Shown one piece after another: positions 1 to 8,083 of a stretch of DNA of 55,616 nucleotides. The notes beneath the pieces are model-generated. The model was not told the DNA's origin. It saw nothing but the letters and a program-made list of their open reading frames with translations, and did not search any database. This DNA is from a virus. Its lineage: Duplodnaviria; Caudoviricetes. A program made the translations under genes and the position numbers. Each line of letters starts with the position of its first letter. Position 1 is the stretch's first letter. Where the stretch lies: IMG/VR virus record IMGVR_UViG_3300005663_000053, positions 1 to 55,616 of that record. One strand, given 5' to 3'.

Positions 1-77
1 CCTGTACGGATTCTCCTTTCTGGCTCTGGGTATGGTGTACCCTCGTGTCACGCTCTCCACCCTCCCTCGGCAAACGC
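1..77. repeat. 77-bp terminal direct repeat, left copy (circular assembly overlap)
   Basis: Identical to 55540-55616; 77 is a common assembler k-mer size; an ORF reads through the join in frame. Confidence 0.97.
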
Positions 78-403
78 ACCCCCATCCCTAACTGAATCAC
101 GTTGTTTCCCGCCATTTTCTCAAGTTCGATCCCCGCCCGCTTCTGCACGAGAAAGCCGTTTTCTTCGACGAAGAATCCCCGCAACAAAGCGACTTCCTTC
201 CGCCATCCCTTCGTCCTTTCTATGCCAGAGAGGCGCGCTATGGTTCGGTCGACCGCCGGGATCTTATTGCCGTGCTCGTAGGATCCTTTCACCAAAAGCC
301 GCAGATATTTCCACCGCAGATCATCGATTCGGTCGTCCGGCAGGAGAGCCGTCGCGGCCTCGAAGTCGTCGAAGTACACCTTGATGTAGGCGAGCTTGGG
401 CAT
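1..403 (-). CDS. YdaU/DUF1376-like phage replication protein, 5' part; continues across the circular junction to 55310 (210 aa total)
   Basis: Manual translation from ATG at 403: MPKLAYIKVYFDDFEAATALLP...YLRLL...; runs in frame into the 55310..55612 ORF (403+230=633 nt); N-terminus resembles DUF1376. Confidence 0.7.
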   Translation of the reverse strand, partial: MPKLAYIKVYFDDFEAATALLPDDRIDDLRWKYLRLLVKGSYEHGNKIPAVDRTIARLSGIERTKGWRKEVALLRGFFVEENGFLVQKRAGIELEKMAGNNVIQLGMGVRLPREGGERDTRVHHTQSQKGESVQ

Positions 404-404
404 G

Positions 405-704
405 TCACTTGACGGTCTTGGCTACTGCCTCCGCCGCAGCGTTAATTCTTCGCTTGAAGTCCGGATCGCGCTGATGGAAGTGCCGCACTCGGTCGACACC
501 GTACATGATGGTCGCGTGGTCGCGCCCAAAGCATCGGGCCACGACGGGGAAGCTCTTGTTGGTCAGGCACCGAGCCAAATACATGGCCGCGTGTCGGGCG
601 CGGGTAAGGTCGCGGGTAGCCCCTCGCTCCGTCATGGCATCCAAGGGCACATCGAAGGCGATCGCCGTCTCGCGCTGGATACAGCGGATGGTGGGGCCGT
701 TCAT
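405..704 (-). CDS. DnaA C-terminal (domain IV) helix-turn-helix protein
   Basis: RARHAAMYLARCLTNKSFPVVARCFGRDHATIMYG matches the Bac_DnaA_C pattern; ATG at 704 overlaps the upstream stop (ATGA). Confidence 0.88.
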   Translation of the reverse strand: MNGPTIRCIQRETAIAFDVPLDAMTERGATRDLTRARHAAMYLARCLTNKSFPVVARCFGRDHATIMYGVDRVRHFHQRDPDFKRRINAAAEAVAKTVK

Positions 705-1339
705 GGGCGCGGCTCCGTGAACAGATCCGCCCCTTTGACTGGATTGAGCCAGTGGAGCGTCGGCGGTCCACGGTGGCCGTGGTCCCACACGAACCAAGCG
801 AATGCCACGGCGCCGCCCTTGGCCTCGATCCCTTGCCCACCAGGCGGCATCGAGACCCGCCGCGCGAAGACATGGACCCGGGCAAGCGGGGTCTCCGCGA
901 ACAGCCGGACCCGGGCCTGGCCCTCAAGGAAGGCAAGGCGCAGCAACAACGCCACCTTGGATCGGGCGAGCTTGAGCCCCTGGCGGACAAAGGGTTCGGC
1001 TAATTTGAACGGTGGGTTGCAGATGATGTGGTCGGTGCGTTCCATCCCCCTGGTGTCGAGGGCCGGGAAGTCCCATCCTACTCCCGTTATCCCATAGCCG
1101 TGGTCGATGGGATCAGTAGCGATGACCGACAGATAACCCCGCGCCTCCAGTACCTTCGGGATCGTGCCTTCGCCACATGCCGGATCCCATATTCGTCCTG
1201 CAAACCCCTCAACGTCGAGTAGAGCTTCAACCGCCCACGCGGGCTCAACGTAGAAATCGCACTCAGCGCGATCGCGCTGAGTGCGGCGGTAATCTATGCC
1301 CTGGTGGGGGCGCGGCAATGTCGGCGTCGTCGGGTCCAT
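701..1339 (-). CDS. SAM-dependent DNA amino-methyltransferase (N6-A/N4-C type)
   Basis: WDPACGEG motif I and ICNPPF motif IV. Confidence 0.85.
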   Translation of the reverse strand: MDPTTPTLPRPHQGIDYRRTQRDRAECDFYVEPAWAVEALLDVEGFAGRIWDPACGEGTIPKVLEARGYLSVIATDPIDHGYGITGVGWDFPALDTRGMERTDHIICNPPFKLAEPFVRQGLKLARSKVALLLRLAFLEGQARVRLFAETPLARVHVFARRVSMPPGGQGIEAKGGAVAFAWFVWDHGHRGPPTLHWLNPVKGADLFTEPRP

Positions 1340-1357
1340 CAGGCGCTTAGCACGGAG

Positions 1358-1376
1358 AAAAAGGCCGGGGCCGGCC
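1358..1376 (-). terminator. Possible intrinsic terminator
   Basis: Minus strand GGCCGGCCCCGGCC hairpin followed by TTTTT. Confidence 0.4.
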
Positions 1377-1697
1377 GCCTCCGGTTGCCTCGGGCATAGC
1401 CCGTTACCATGACTCTATTGCGGCGAGTCGCCATGTCCGAACCCCGGCAAGTCAAGGGTAGTCCCCCTCTCGGGGGTCTTACGGGAGGGAACACCCCGTA
1501 AGCTCTTGTGCTCCTCGATCCGCATGAACAGCGTCGAATCCCCTGCGGCTTTCAGATGGCGGCGCCGATTAGGAAGCCGAGGATGAGACCGATAAACAAG
1601 CCAGCCCGGTGCCGCCGTCGGCCCCACCATCTGAATCGCTCTCCTGGATCAACCGGCACCCACATCTCAGGCCGCCTCGCCCATTGCAGCGCGCCTA

Positions 1698-1926
1698 TAG
1701 TGCGCCAGATGGCGCACTAATCGATCCGGTGATTTTCGGGAATGGGCGCTAAGCCCTTGAAAAGATTGGAGTGCCCGAGAGGGTTTAAGCCTTCCCCCTC
1801 CGTCCCGACGGCACGGGGACCAGCACCCGCATCGTATGATTTTCAACGACTTGGCTGATCGAGGAATCATCATTTTTCCGCCGAGTTCGATTCCTGTTCA
1901 CGGATTAGTGCGCCACATGGCGCACT
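1698..1926. other. Probable attP region
   Basis: Next to the integrase 3' end. Palindrome TAGTGCGCCA(G/C)ATGGCGCACT at 1698-1718 and 1906-1926; IHF-like boxes at 1750-1762 (rc) and 1841-1853; tRNA-3'-end-like segment AAACCCTCTCGGGCACTCCA on the minus strand at 1767-1786. Confidence 0.65.
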
Positions 1927-2937
1927 CTCATCGAGGGCTGCGGCCGCATCCCTCAAGTAGTCCGGTTTGAACTTCCGATAGATTCTGTAGACCGTCGCCG
2001 GACTGATGGTGAGGAAGTCGGCGATCTCGTCGAGCGGGCGCCCCTTCATCGCCAGCATCGAAGCGCATGTGTGGCGCATGACGTGCGGCGTCACGCCCAC
2101 GAGCCCAGCTTGCTGGCAGGCTCGCGCAAACGCCTGTCTGATGTCCTTGACCGGCTTCCCGTTCCACTCGATGACATAGGTGGTTTGGGCGAGCACGCGG
2201 GCGCGTAGTAGTTCCTCGCGCACCACATTCGGCATCGGGATCGTGGCGCGGCGCTTCTTGGTCTCGGGTCGGTCGGGGTCGACATAGGTGAGCAGTCCGG
2301 TGTCAAAGTCTACCGCGGGCCACTGGAGCCCAAGGATCGCTCCCTTGCGCGCCCCGGTATAGAGCCCGAGGATGATGAAGGTGCGGACGTGCGGCGCCCT
2401 GGCGCCATCGATAAGCCGCTGGCGCTCACCCGTGTCGAGCCAGCGATCGCGGGGCGGCGGCATCGGCCCGAGCGGCACCTCCGGAGCTTGTCGATACCAG
2501 CCGGCCCGCTCTCCCCATCTGAGGGCTGCCCGCAAGGTCTGTTTCTCCTTGCGGAGCGTCCACGGGCTCAGATGTCCGCGCGCCCGGTCGTACCGAGCGA
2601 TAGAAGCTGGCGTGATTTCGTCCGGGACCATGGCGCCGAAATGGCGTTTGAGCGGCTTGGTTGCTTCTACAAGCCGCTGGTAGGCAAGCACTCCAGCAAG
2701 GCGCCGCTCCTCAAGGTATCCATCGAGCACCTGGGTCACGGTGCGGGCCTTTGGGCCGGGAAGGGCGTTACGTTGCCGGAGCCATCCAGACATCCAGGCG
2801 CGGGCCTCGGTCCAGTCTTCCTCGCCCGTCGATACTTTCTTCGATCGGCGGCGCTCGGACCAAACGATGTGCCAGTATCGGCGTCCGGGGATGCGCTTGA
2901 GCCTGAATTCCGGCTCGGGTCGGGCGCGGCGGGACAA
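1870..2937 (-). CDS. int: Tyrosine recombinase / phage integrase
   Basis: LYTGARKG (catalytic R), TPHVMRHT (HxxR), C-terminal Tyr in VYRIYRK; start codon uncertain (TTG). Confidence 0.95.
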   Translation of the reverse strand: MSRRARPEPEFRLKRIPGRRYWHIVWSERRRSKKVSTGEEDWTEARAWMSGWLRQRNALPGPKARTVTQVLDGYLEERRLAGVLAYQRLVEATKPLKRHFGAMVPDEITPASIARYDRARGHLSPWTLRKEKQTLRAALRWGERAGWYRQAPEVPLGPMPPPRDRWLDTGERQRLIDGARAPHVRTFIILGLYTGARKGAILGLQWPAVDFDTGLLTYVDPDRPETKKRRATIPMPNVVREELLRARVLAQTTYVIEWNGKPVKDIRQAFARACQQAGLVGVTPHVMRHTCASMLAMKGRPLDEIADFLTISPATVYRIYRKFKPDYLRDAAAALDESAPCGALIREQESNSAEK

Positions 2938-3107
2938 AGGTTTGCCTTCTCGTATGCCTTGACGGCAGCGACGGGGATGCGGGTCGAGGACTCGATCTTG
3001 AGATGCGCGATTCGCCGTTTCTTTATCATGCGCCTGATCGTCTCCTCGTCAACAGCCCAATGCGCCGCGAGAGATTTGACGGTGTAGTGGCGGGAAGGCT
3101 CAGCCAT
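2736..3107 (-). CDS. Excisionase-like HTH protein
   Basis: YTVKSLAAHWAVDEETIRRMIKK...RIP, an HTH_17/Xis pattern, directly upstream of and overlapping the integrase. Confidence 0.8.
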   Translation of the reverse strand: MAEPSRHYTVKSLAAHWAVDEETIRRMIKKRRIAHLKIESSTRIPVAAVKAYEKANLCPAAPDPSRNSGSSASPDADTGTSFGPSAADRRKYRRARKTGPRPAPGCLDGSGNVTPFPAQRPAP

Positions 3108-3423
3108 CGCGCGCCCTCCACACCGCCGCCTGCCGTCCGTTCGGATTGCGTCTCCGCTCGCCCGAATCGATCACCAGGCCGGCGTGCTTCAGATCGGCGA
3201 TTCTCCGGGCGACCTCGTGGTAGGAAAGCTCGGTGCGGGCGGCGATCTCGAGCGAGGTCAGGCCAGCGCCCTTGATCGGGCGATTTTCGGCGAGTAATCG
3301 GTAGATGATGCCGCAGTGGCCGCCCGTGAATTTCCTCGCGTGCAGCGCCGCCGCAACTGAGGTGGACGGATCGACCCGGTGCGCGTGAGTCTCGGCCCAG
3401 GTGAGGAGGTCGGGCTCAGTCAT
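3100..3423 (-). CDS. Winged-helix DNA-binding protein
   Basis: GLTSLEIAARTELSYHEVARRIADLKHAGLVIDSGERR. Confidence 0.75.
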   Translation of the reverse strand: MTEPDLLTWAETHAHRVDPSTSVAAALHARKFTGGHCGIIYRLLAENRPIKGAGLTSLEIAARTELSYHEVARRIADLKHAGLVIDSGERRRNPNGRQAAVWRARDG

Positions 3424-4166
3424 GCGGCCCTCGCATCGGTGGAAATCGCGCGCCGCACGGCTTTCGCCACGGCGCGGCCCATCGGCAGCGGGACGCCGTT
3501 GCCGATGGCGTTGATCTTGCCGGCCACCGTGAACGGCGCATCGTCGAGGAATCCGTCGGGTAGCCCTTGCAAGCGGGAGTGATCGGCGAGCGTCCGCGCG
3601 GACAGATACCCTCGGTTATTCAGCCGCCCACGGTCCTTGCGCTTCCCCGAACCCCCGACTGCGACTGGCCGCTCCCGCATCCCGCCGGCGGCCAATGCCG
3701 ACACCTCGCCCTGGGGGTGCAGCGCCAGCGTGTCCAGGGCGAGGCGCATGCCGTCGCGCGTACCGAACGAGAACCGCCTGAGCCGCTGCGTCAGACCGCC
3801 GGCCCAGACATCCCGAAGTAGCTGGGCATCGACTTCATAACCGTCCACCCGGGCCACTGGCCCGTCGGGCACCATCTCCATCAGGAACCATTCGGGCTGT
3901 GCCTCGGCAACGCAGCGTTCGAATTCCGGTATCAAATCTTCGGCGATCTTGTAGCCGTTATGCTCGACGATGTACCGCAGCCGCGAATGGGCTTGGCACG
4001 GCGGCCCGCCGATCACGCCGTCGAAGACACCGGCCGGCGGATGGAAGCTCTTGATATCTCCGCCCCATAGGAGATCGGGCCCGCGCACCACGCAAAAGCC
4101 CTCTTCCTCGAAGGCCATGTCGAGAAGCCCGATGCCCGGGAACAGCGACAGCACCAAGTCGGTCAC
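3420..4166 (-). CDS. DNA (cytosine-5) methyltransferase
   Basis: SLFPGIG motif I, GGPPCQ catalytic motif IV, EMV, Q-R-R, IGNGV motif X. Confidence 0.92.
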   Translation of the reverse strand: MTDLVLSLFPGIGLLDMAFEEEGFCVVRGPDLLWGGDIKSFHPPAGVFDGVIGGPPCQAHSRLRYIVEHNGYKIAEDLIPEFERCVAEAQPEWFLMEMVPDGPVARVDGYEVDAQLLRDVWAGGLTQRLRRFSFGTRDGMRLALDTLALHPQGEVSALAAGGMRERPVAVGGSGKRKDRGRLNNRGYLSARTLADHSRLQGLPDGFLDDAPFTVAGKINAIGNGVPLPMGRAVAKAVRRAISTDARAA

Positions 4167-4552
4167 TTCTTGACCACCTTCAACTGCGCCGCCGTCTCGG
4201 CGTCCTCGAGCACGCCGCGGAGCTGCGGGATCAGGAGCCGGAGCGCCTTTAGCAATTCACCGGACTCGATGATTTCGAGATCGCTCGCCTTGATGCACAC
4301 CACGCCGGTCGGCCTGAGTACCTCGGAAGCAAACTCGGGCCCGAAATGCGCGACCATCTTCTGGAACGCATCCAGGCCCGGCGTCGTCTTGGCGTAGAAG
4401 TAGGACTCGAAGGTGTCGGGCAGGATGTCGAGCGCATCGGCCTGCTCGTCGATCCACTGCCTGCGGTGTGGCGCTTTGGATGCCGCCCGCTTGAGCGCGG
4501 CCGAGACGCGCTCCGCCGAAAACCCCTTGGTGATCTCCGCTGGGGCAAGCAT
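4163..4552 (-). CDS. Putative CII-like regulator
   Basis: Position downstream of the cro-like gene; helical, HTH-like segment. Confidence 0.45.
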   Translation of the reverse strand: MLAPAEITKGFSAERVSAALKRAASKAPHRRQWIDEQADALDILPDTFESYFYAKTTPGLDAFQKMVAHFGPEFASEVLRPTGVVCIKASDLEIIESGELLKALRLLIPQLRGVLEDAETAAQLKVVKK

Positions 4553-4817
4553 TGCTACCGGAGCCCGGTAGTGAAAGGCGGGAGAATGTGTGGATAACTA
4601 GCAGGCATGGAAGCCGGCTTCCCCTTAACTACCCTCGGCCGGCGTCGCTCCTCCCAAGATCGGCGCCGGTCCTTTATCAATTAACGGCCTGGTGGCACCC
4701 AGGCCCTAATGCTTCTCTCTCTCAGCAAGGACGTCTAATCAGCTAAGCCCTGGTCCCTCATAATCTCCTATGTTCGTGCTGCGCTGCGCGCCTGCCAACA
4801 GGCGAGGTGCGCCCGCG

Positions 4818-5018
4818 TCATGCCGCTTTCTCATCGTCGAGAAAGTCGTCTGCGGAGACTGCGCCCTTGGTAGCCTTAACGATCCGCTCGAGCACATCCC
4901 AGTCAGGACGCCGCTCGCGATTGATGTAGCGCCGCACGGCCTCGTGCGAGACGCCGATTCGCTTCGCGAACTCAGCAATGCTGACCTTCCGGCCAGCTAG
5001 ATAATCCTTCAACTTCAT
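4818..5018 (-). CDS. Cro-like HTH regulator (66 aa)
   Basis: MKLKDYL...SIAEFAKRIGVSHEAVRRYINRERRP; divergent from the repressor. Confidence 0.88.
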   Translation of the reverse strand: MKLKDYLAGRKVSIAEFAKRIGVSHEAVRRYINRERRPDWDVLERIVKATKGAVSADDFLDDEKAA

Positions 5019-5029
5019 CGCAGCGCACT

Positions 5030-5078
5030 CCACCACATTGGTGGAGCCACGTCAAGGGGCTATCCACCGTCTTGGTGG
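5030..5078. promoter_or_regulatory. Two palindromic operators CCACC-N5-GGTGG (5030-5044, 5064-5078) flanking the cro -35 element (TTGACG, minus strand 5055-5050)
   Basis: CCACCACATTGGTGG and CCACCGTCTTGGTGG between the divergent HTH genes. Confidence 0.85.
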
Positions 5079-5113
5079 TTGCCTTGCGGGGGCGGATTGG
5101 TGAGGACTAGGCC

Positions 5114-5434
5114 ATGGCGAGTGAGGGAGAATTGCTAAAGCATTACCGTGAACTTCGCGGGCTTTCCCAGCAGAAGCTCGCCGAATTCGTCGGCACATCG
5201 AATCAGCAAATCAGCCGTCTCGAACTCGGCGACCGGCGCTTGGGCGAAAAATGGCGAGAGCGTCTAGCTCCTCCTCTCACCATCACGCCCGATGATCTCA
5301 AGGCCAACGCCGTAGTAAGATGCCCCGTTCACCAAGCTGCGGTGGATCTGATCGAAGGCATGAACAAGGAGCAAGTGGAACGTGTCCTGCCCCTACTTGA
5401 TGCGTCAACGAAACTCGTGAAAGCGAGCGGCTGA
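5114..5434 (+). CDS. CI-like XRE repressor (HTH only)
   Basis: LKHYRELRGLSQQKLAEFVGTSNQQISRLELGDR. Confidence 0.85.
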   Translation: MASEGELLKHYRELRGLSQQKLAEFVGTSNQQISRLELGDRRLGEKWRERLAPPLTITPDDLKANAVVRCPVHQAAVDLIEGMNKEQVERVLPLLDASTKLVKASG

Positions 5435-5435
5435 C

Positions 5436-5732
5436 ATGAAACCGATCTTTCTGTTTGCGGGCTTGGTGCTCATTGCGATGAGCGCGCCGCCGGCCCATGC
5501 CCAATCGGTATATCAAGGGGAGTATGCGGCACCGTACTCGAGCTGCGGCGTGCTGTGCGAGAGTTATGACGATGCGCGCACCCGTCGCGCCATTGAGGAA
5601 GCGACACAGCAACGGGACCAGCGCGAGATGCGATCATGGTCCCAGCCCGGGTCGCAGGATTTGGCCCCTCTGGAACCGCTGACACCGAACCCCAACGACT
5701 ACGGCTACGATCAGGCGCCGGCCTACCAGTAG
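5436..5732 (+). CDS. Small exported protein, candidate superinfection exclusion
   Basis: Sec signal peptide ending PAHA; starts 1 nt after the repressor stop. Confidence 0.6.
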   Translation: MKPIFLFAGLVLIAMSAPPAHAQSVYQGEYAAPYSSCGVLCESYDDARTRRAIEEATQQRDQREMRSWSQPGSQDLAPLEPLTPNPNDYGYDQAPAYQ

Positions 5733-5762
5733 CTTGGCCACCTATATTTTTTTGCCCGCGCC

Positions 5763-5815
5763 CCACCGAAATGGTGGATTTTTTTCTTGACCGTTCCACC
5801 AAACTGGTGGACAAT
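5763..5815 (+). promoter_or_regulatory. Rightward early promoter (TTGACC-17 nt-GACAAT) with two operators (5763-5777, 5796-5810)
   Basis: CCACCGAAATGGTGG and CCACCAAACTGGTGG; -35 at 5787-5792, -10 at 5810-5815, ATG at 5821. Confidence 0.85.
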
Positions 5816-5820
5816 GCCCC

Positions 5821-6249
5821 ATGACCGATGAGTTCATGGGGAGATTCGATGTGACTGATAACCTCGCCTGCCACAACGCGCTCATCGCCCTCGAGCGCCG
5901 CTACAACGGCCCGATCCCGCCCTGGGAGCGGGAGGCCGCGATCAGGGGGGCCCGCACCGAGCGGGAAAACCTCGAGCATGATTTAGGCATCGCCCGCTTC
6001 TGCCTGATGCGCCGCTCCGACAAGCTCCGCGAGTACGCCCATGAAGTGATGCGGCGGCACAAGGCGGTGCGCAAGTCGCAGTCGACGCCGGACTGGAGTG
6101 AGGCGTTCAGGCATTGGGCCGCCGGACGCAAAGACCTTCAATTCTACCTCGACGCTTTCAAAGCACAGCGCGAGTTGGTGCGCGGGTTGGAAGTCCGGCT
6201 GGCCGCGCTGGGATGTGCCGACCCGATCAACGTGAGCCAAGCGCCATGA
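5821..6249 (+). CDS. Hypothetical protein (probably leaderless transcript)
   Basis: ORF starts 5 nt after the -10 box. Confidence 0.7.
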   Translation: MTDEFMGRFDVTDNLACHNALIALERRYNGPIPPWEREAAIRGARTERENLEHDLGIARFCLMRRSDKLREYAHEVMRRHKAVRKSQSTPDWSEAFRHWAAGRKDLQFYLDAFKAQRELVRGLEVRLAALGCADPINVSQAP

Positions 6250-6431
6250 CCCTGCTCATCATCACGATAATATGGCTAGGTCTCTCCCCGCCCTATGCGG
6301 TCCAGGACCACATAACCTTTGTGCTCGAGACGACCCAAGCGGAGTGCGAGGAGATGCGCCGTGAGGCAGAAGCCGCTTGGGCGGACAATCCAGTAGGAAT
6401 ACGAACGTGGGCATGGTGTGTCAAGCCATGA
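6246..6431 (+). CDS. Hypothetical protein with hydrophobic N-terminus
   Basis: ATGA-coupled to both neighbours. Confidence 0.55.
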   Translation: MTLLIITIIWLGLSPPYAVQDHITFVLETTQAECEEMRREAEAAWADNPVGIRTWAWCVKP

Positions 6432-6754
6432 CCAAAGATACACCAAAGCATAAAACACCAGTGTTTGCATTTGATCCCGATTCAGGGCGCGGCATCGACC
6501 CAAAAATCCTAGATCGTTTCACGCTCATCCCCAGGAATCCACAAACCGGAGTTCAAGCCATGACCAAGCTATTTAGGATGTATGTCGGGACCGATGGCCG
6601 TGTGCAGATCGAGATTACCGCCGGAGACGCGACAGTGAGCGCAGTCGTCCCAGCGCATTACTTGATTAAGGTGCTCAACGGCAGAGAGATTACAGAGAGC
6701 GTTCCCGGCGGGGTGGAAGTGTATGCGCCCAAGGCCAAGGAGCCTACGCCATGA
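6428..6754 (+). CDS. Hypothetical protein
   Basis: ATGA coupling; internal repeat of the start context at 6553-6567. Confidence 0.55.
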   Translation: MTKDTPKHKTPVFAFDPDSGRGIDPKILDRFTLIPRNPQTGVQAMTKLFRMYVGTDGRVQIEITAGDATVSAVVPAHYLIKVLNGREITESVPGGVEVYAPKAKEPTP

Positions 6755-6960
6755 CCGAGACCGATCTCCATGAAATCCCTGAATTTCTCCGCCGCAGGCC
6801 GATCACCCTGCCTCAATTCGCCCAGCGGTCTTTCCTCGGCCAGTTGTGGCACCGCCTCGCAAGCGTGCTGCCGCGCCTATGGCCCAAGCTCCCCCCGCCG
6901 CTGAGATCCTGGCGAGCTGGCCGGTATCTGATAATCGAGATGGAGGACGATACGCCATGA
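6751..6960 (+). CDS. Hypothetical protein
   Basis: AAGGAG RBS, ATGA coupling; contains EIPEFLRR, resembling the FtsZ C-terminal peptide (DIPAFLR). Confidence 0.6.
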   Translation: MTETDLHEIPEFLRRRPITLPQFAQRSFLGQLWHRLASVLPRLWPKLPPPLRSWRAGRYLIIEMEDDTP

Positions 6961-7050
6961 TCCGCCGCCTCATCCGCTGTCTGTTCTCCCGCCGGCACGC
7001 GCCCGCGACCCTCATCACCAACGTCCGCTATGCCCTCTCGGAGTGAGCGC

Positions 7051-7395
7051 ATGGACGAGCCAGCCCGCACAATCATCCGTATGACCGCCGCCGTCGATCT
7101 CATGCGCGATGTCGACGTCGGGCTCGAACGCTATATCCCGGAGCATTGCCGGGACGGTTTCAGGGGCTACATCGGGCGCGGTGCGCCGGTCGGGGATTTC
7201 CTCCGCGCCGTGCTGGCCAACGACTTCTCTATGGCCCTAGCCCACGCCGACGACACCAACCTCTCGTCCCTGCACGACTACATGCTGTTCCTCTACTACC
7301 ACGTGCCGCACCACTGTTGGGGGTCGCGGCGGAAATACGCCTCATGGCGCCTAGTCGGAGGACTAGCCGGGCTATGCAAGGAGAAGGTGACATGA
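7051..7395 (+). CDS. Hypothetical phage protein
   Basis: GDFLRAVLAND...AD..N...CWGS; operon context. Confidence 0.65.
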   Translation: MDEPARTIIRMTAAVDLMRDVDVGLERYIPEHCRDGFRGYIGRGAPVGDFLRAVLANDFSMALAHADDTNLSSLHDYMLFLYYHVPHHCWGSRRKYASWRLVGGLAGLCKEKVT

Positions 7396-7742
7396 CCGCG
7401 CGCGATGAAGCCCTTGCCATTCTTGCCCGCCAAGACGGCATCTGCCCTTGGTGCGGCAATATGATCTCGCGCTACGAGAGATTCGAGATCGACCATACCT
7501 GGGCGAAAGCGCGCGGCGGGCCCGACACCGACGACAACAAGCGCGCCCTCCACAAGATCTGCCACACGGAAAAGACCAAGGGTGACGTCGCCGCGATCGC
7601 CAAGACGAAGCGCCAGCGTCAGAAGCAGGATGAACACGACTATGCCATGTCAACCCGCACCCGCCGGCCCAACGCCAAGGAGCGGGCCCGGGCGCGCATG
7701 GAAGAACGCCGCCTTCTGCCGCTGGCCCCGAGGCAGGAATGA
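7392..7742 (+). CDS. HNH endonuclease
   Basis: CPWCG...EIDHTW...GG.D...N..ALHKICHTEKT. Confidence 0.85.
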   Translation: MTARDEALAILARQDGICPWCGNMISRYERFEIDHTWAKARGGPDTDDNKRALHKICHTEKTKGDVAAIAKTKRQRQKQDEHDYAMSTRTRRPNAKERARARMEERRLLPLAPRQE

Positions 7743-8044
7743 ACCGGAGAAGAATGATGAAAAAAGACATTACTGAACGCGAACTTGCCTTTCTTCAAGC
7801 CCTCGCTGCTGGAGATACAGACCCAAAAGTTCAAACAAAGAGGGGTCTCCGCAGTACCGCTGTTGGCTATCGTTGCCGCGTTAAGGAACTCGCTGAATTT
7901 CTGTGGGAATTCGAAGATGGAGAGATCGGCGCGGCGCGGGATGCTTACCATTCATATCAAGAAGGCCACCGTCCAATGCGGATTATTGGACAGCAACTCA
8001 CGGATGCAGGACGCCATGCATTATTGGTCGCCAGACCGTATTGA
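7739..8044 (+). CDS. Hypothetical protein
   Basis: ORF in operon. Confidence 0.5.
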   Translation: MNRRRMMKKDITERELAFLQALAAGDTDPKVQTKRGLRSTAVGYRCRVKELAEFLWEFEDGEIGAARDAYHSYQEGHRPMRIIGQQLTDAGRHALLVARPY

Positions 8045-8083
8045 GGCGCGCCGCCGCGAGGGCCTGATAGCAGAGAGGCAGGA

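Noticed and set aside
1-77. Terminal repeat as a biological direct terminal repeat of the virion DNA
   Set aside because: Length equals a common assembly k-mer and it falls inside a gene; better explained as circular contig overlap
1415-1630. 71-aa ORF and hairpins between the MTase and attP
   Set aside because: No RBS or motif; the hairpins and a TTGACT at 1455-1450 may mark a small RNA or promoter, but the evidence is too weak to call
1767-1810. Intact tRNA gene
   Set aside because: Only a 3'-end-like fragment; no matching 5' acceptor strand, D arm or canonical T loop; treated as a possible att core
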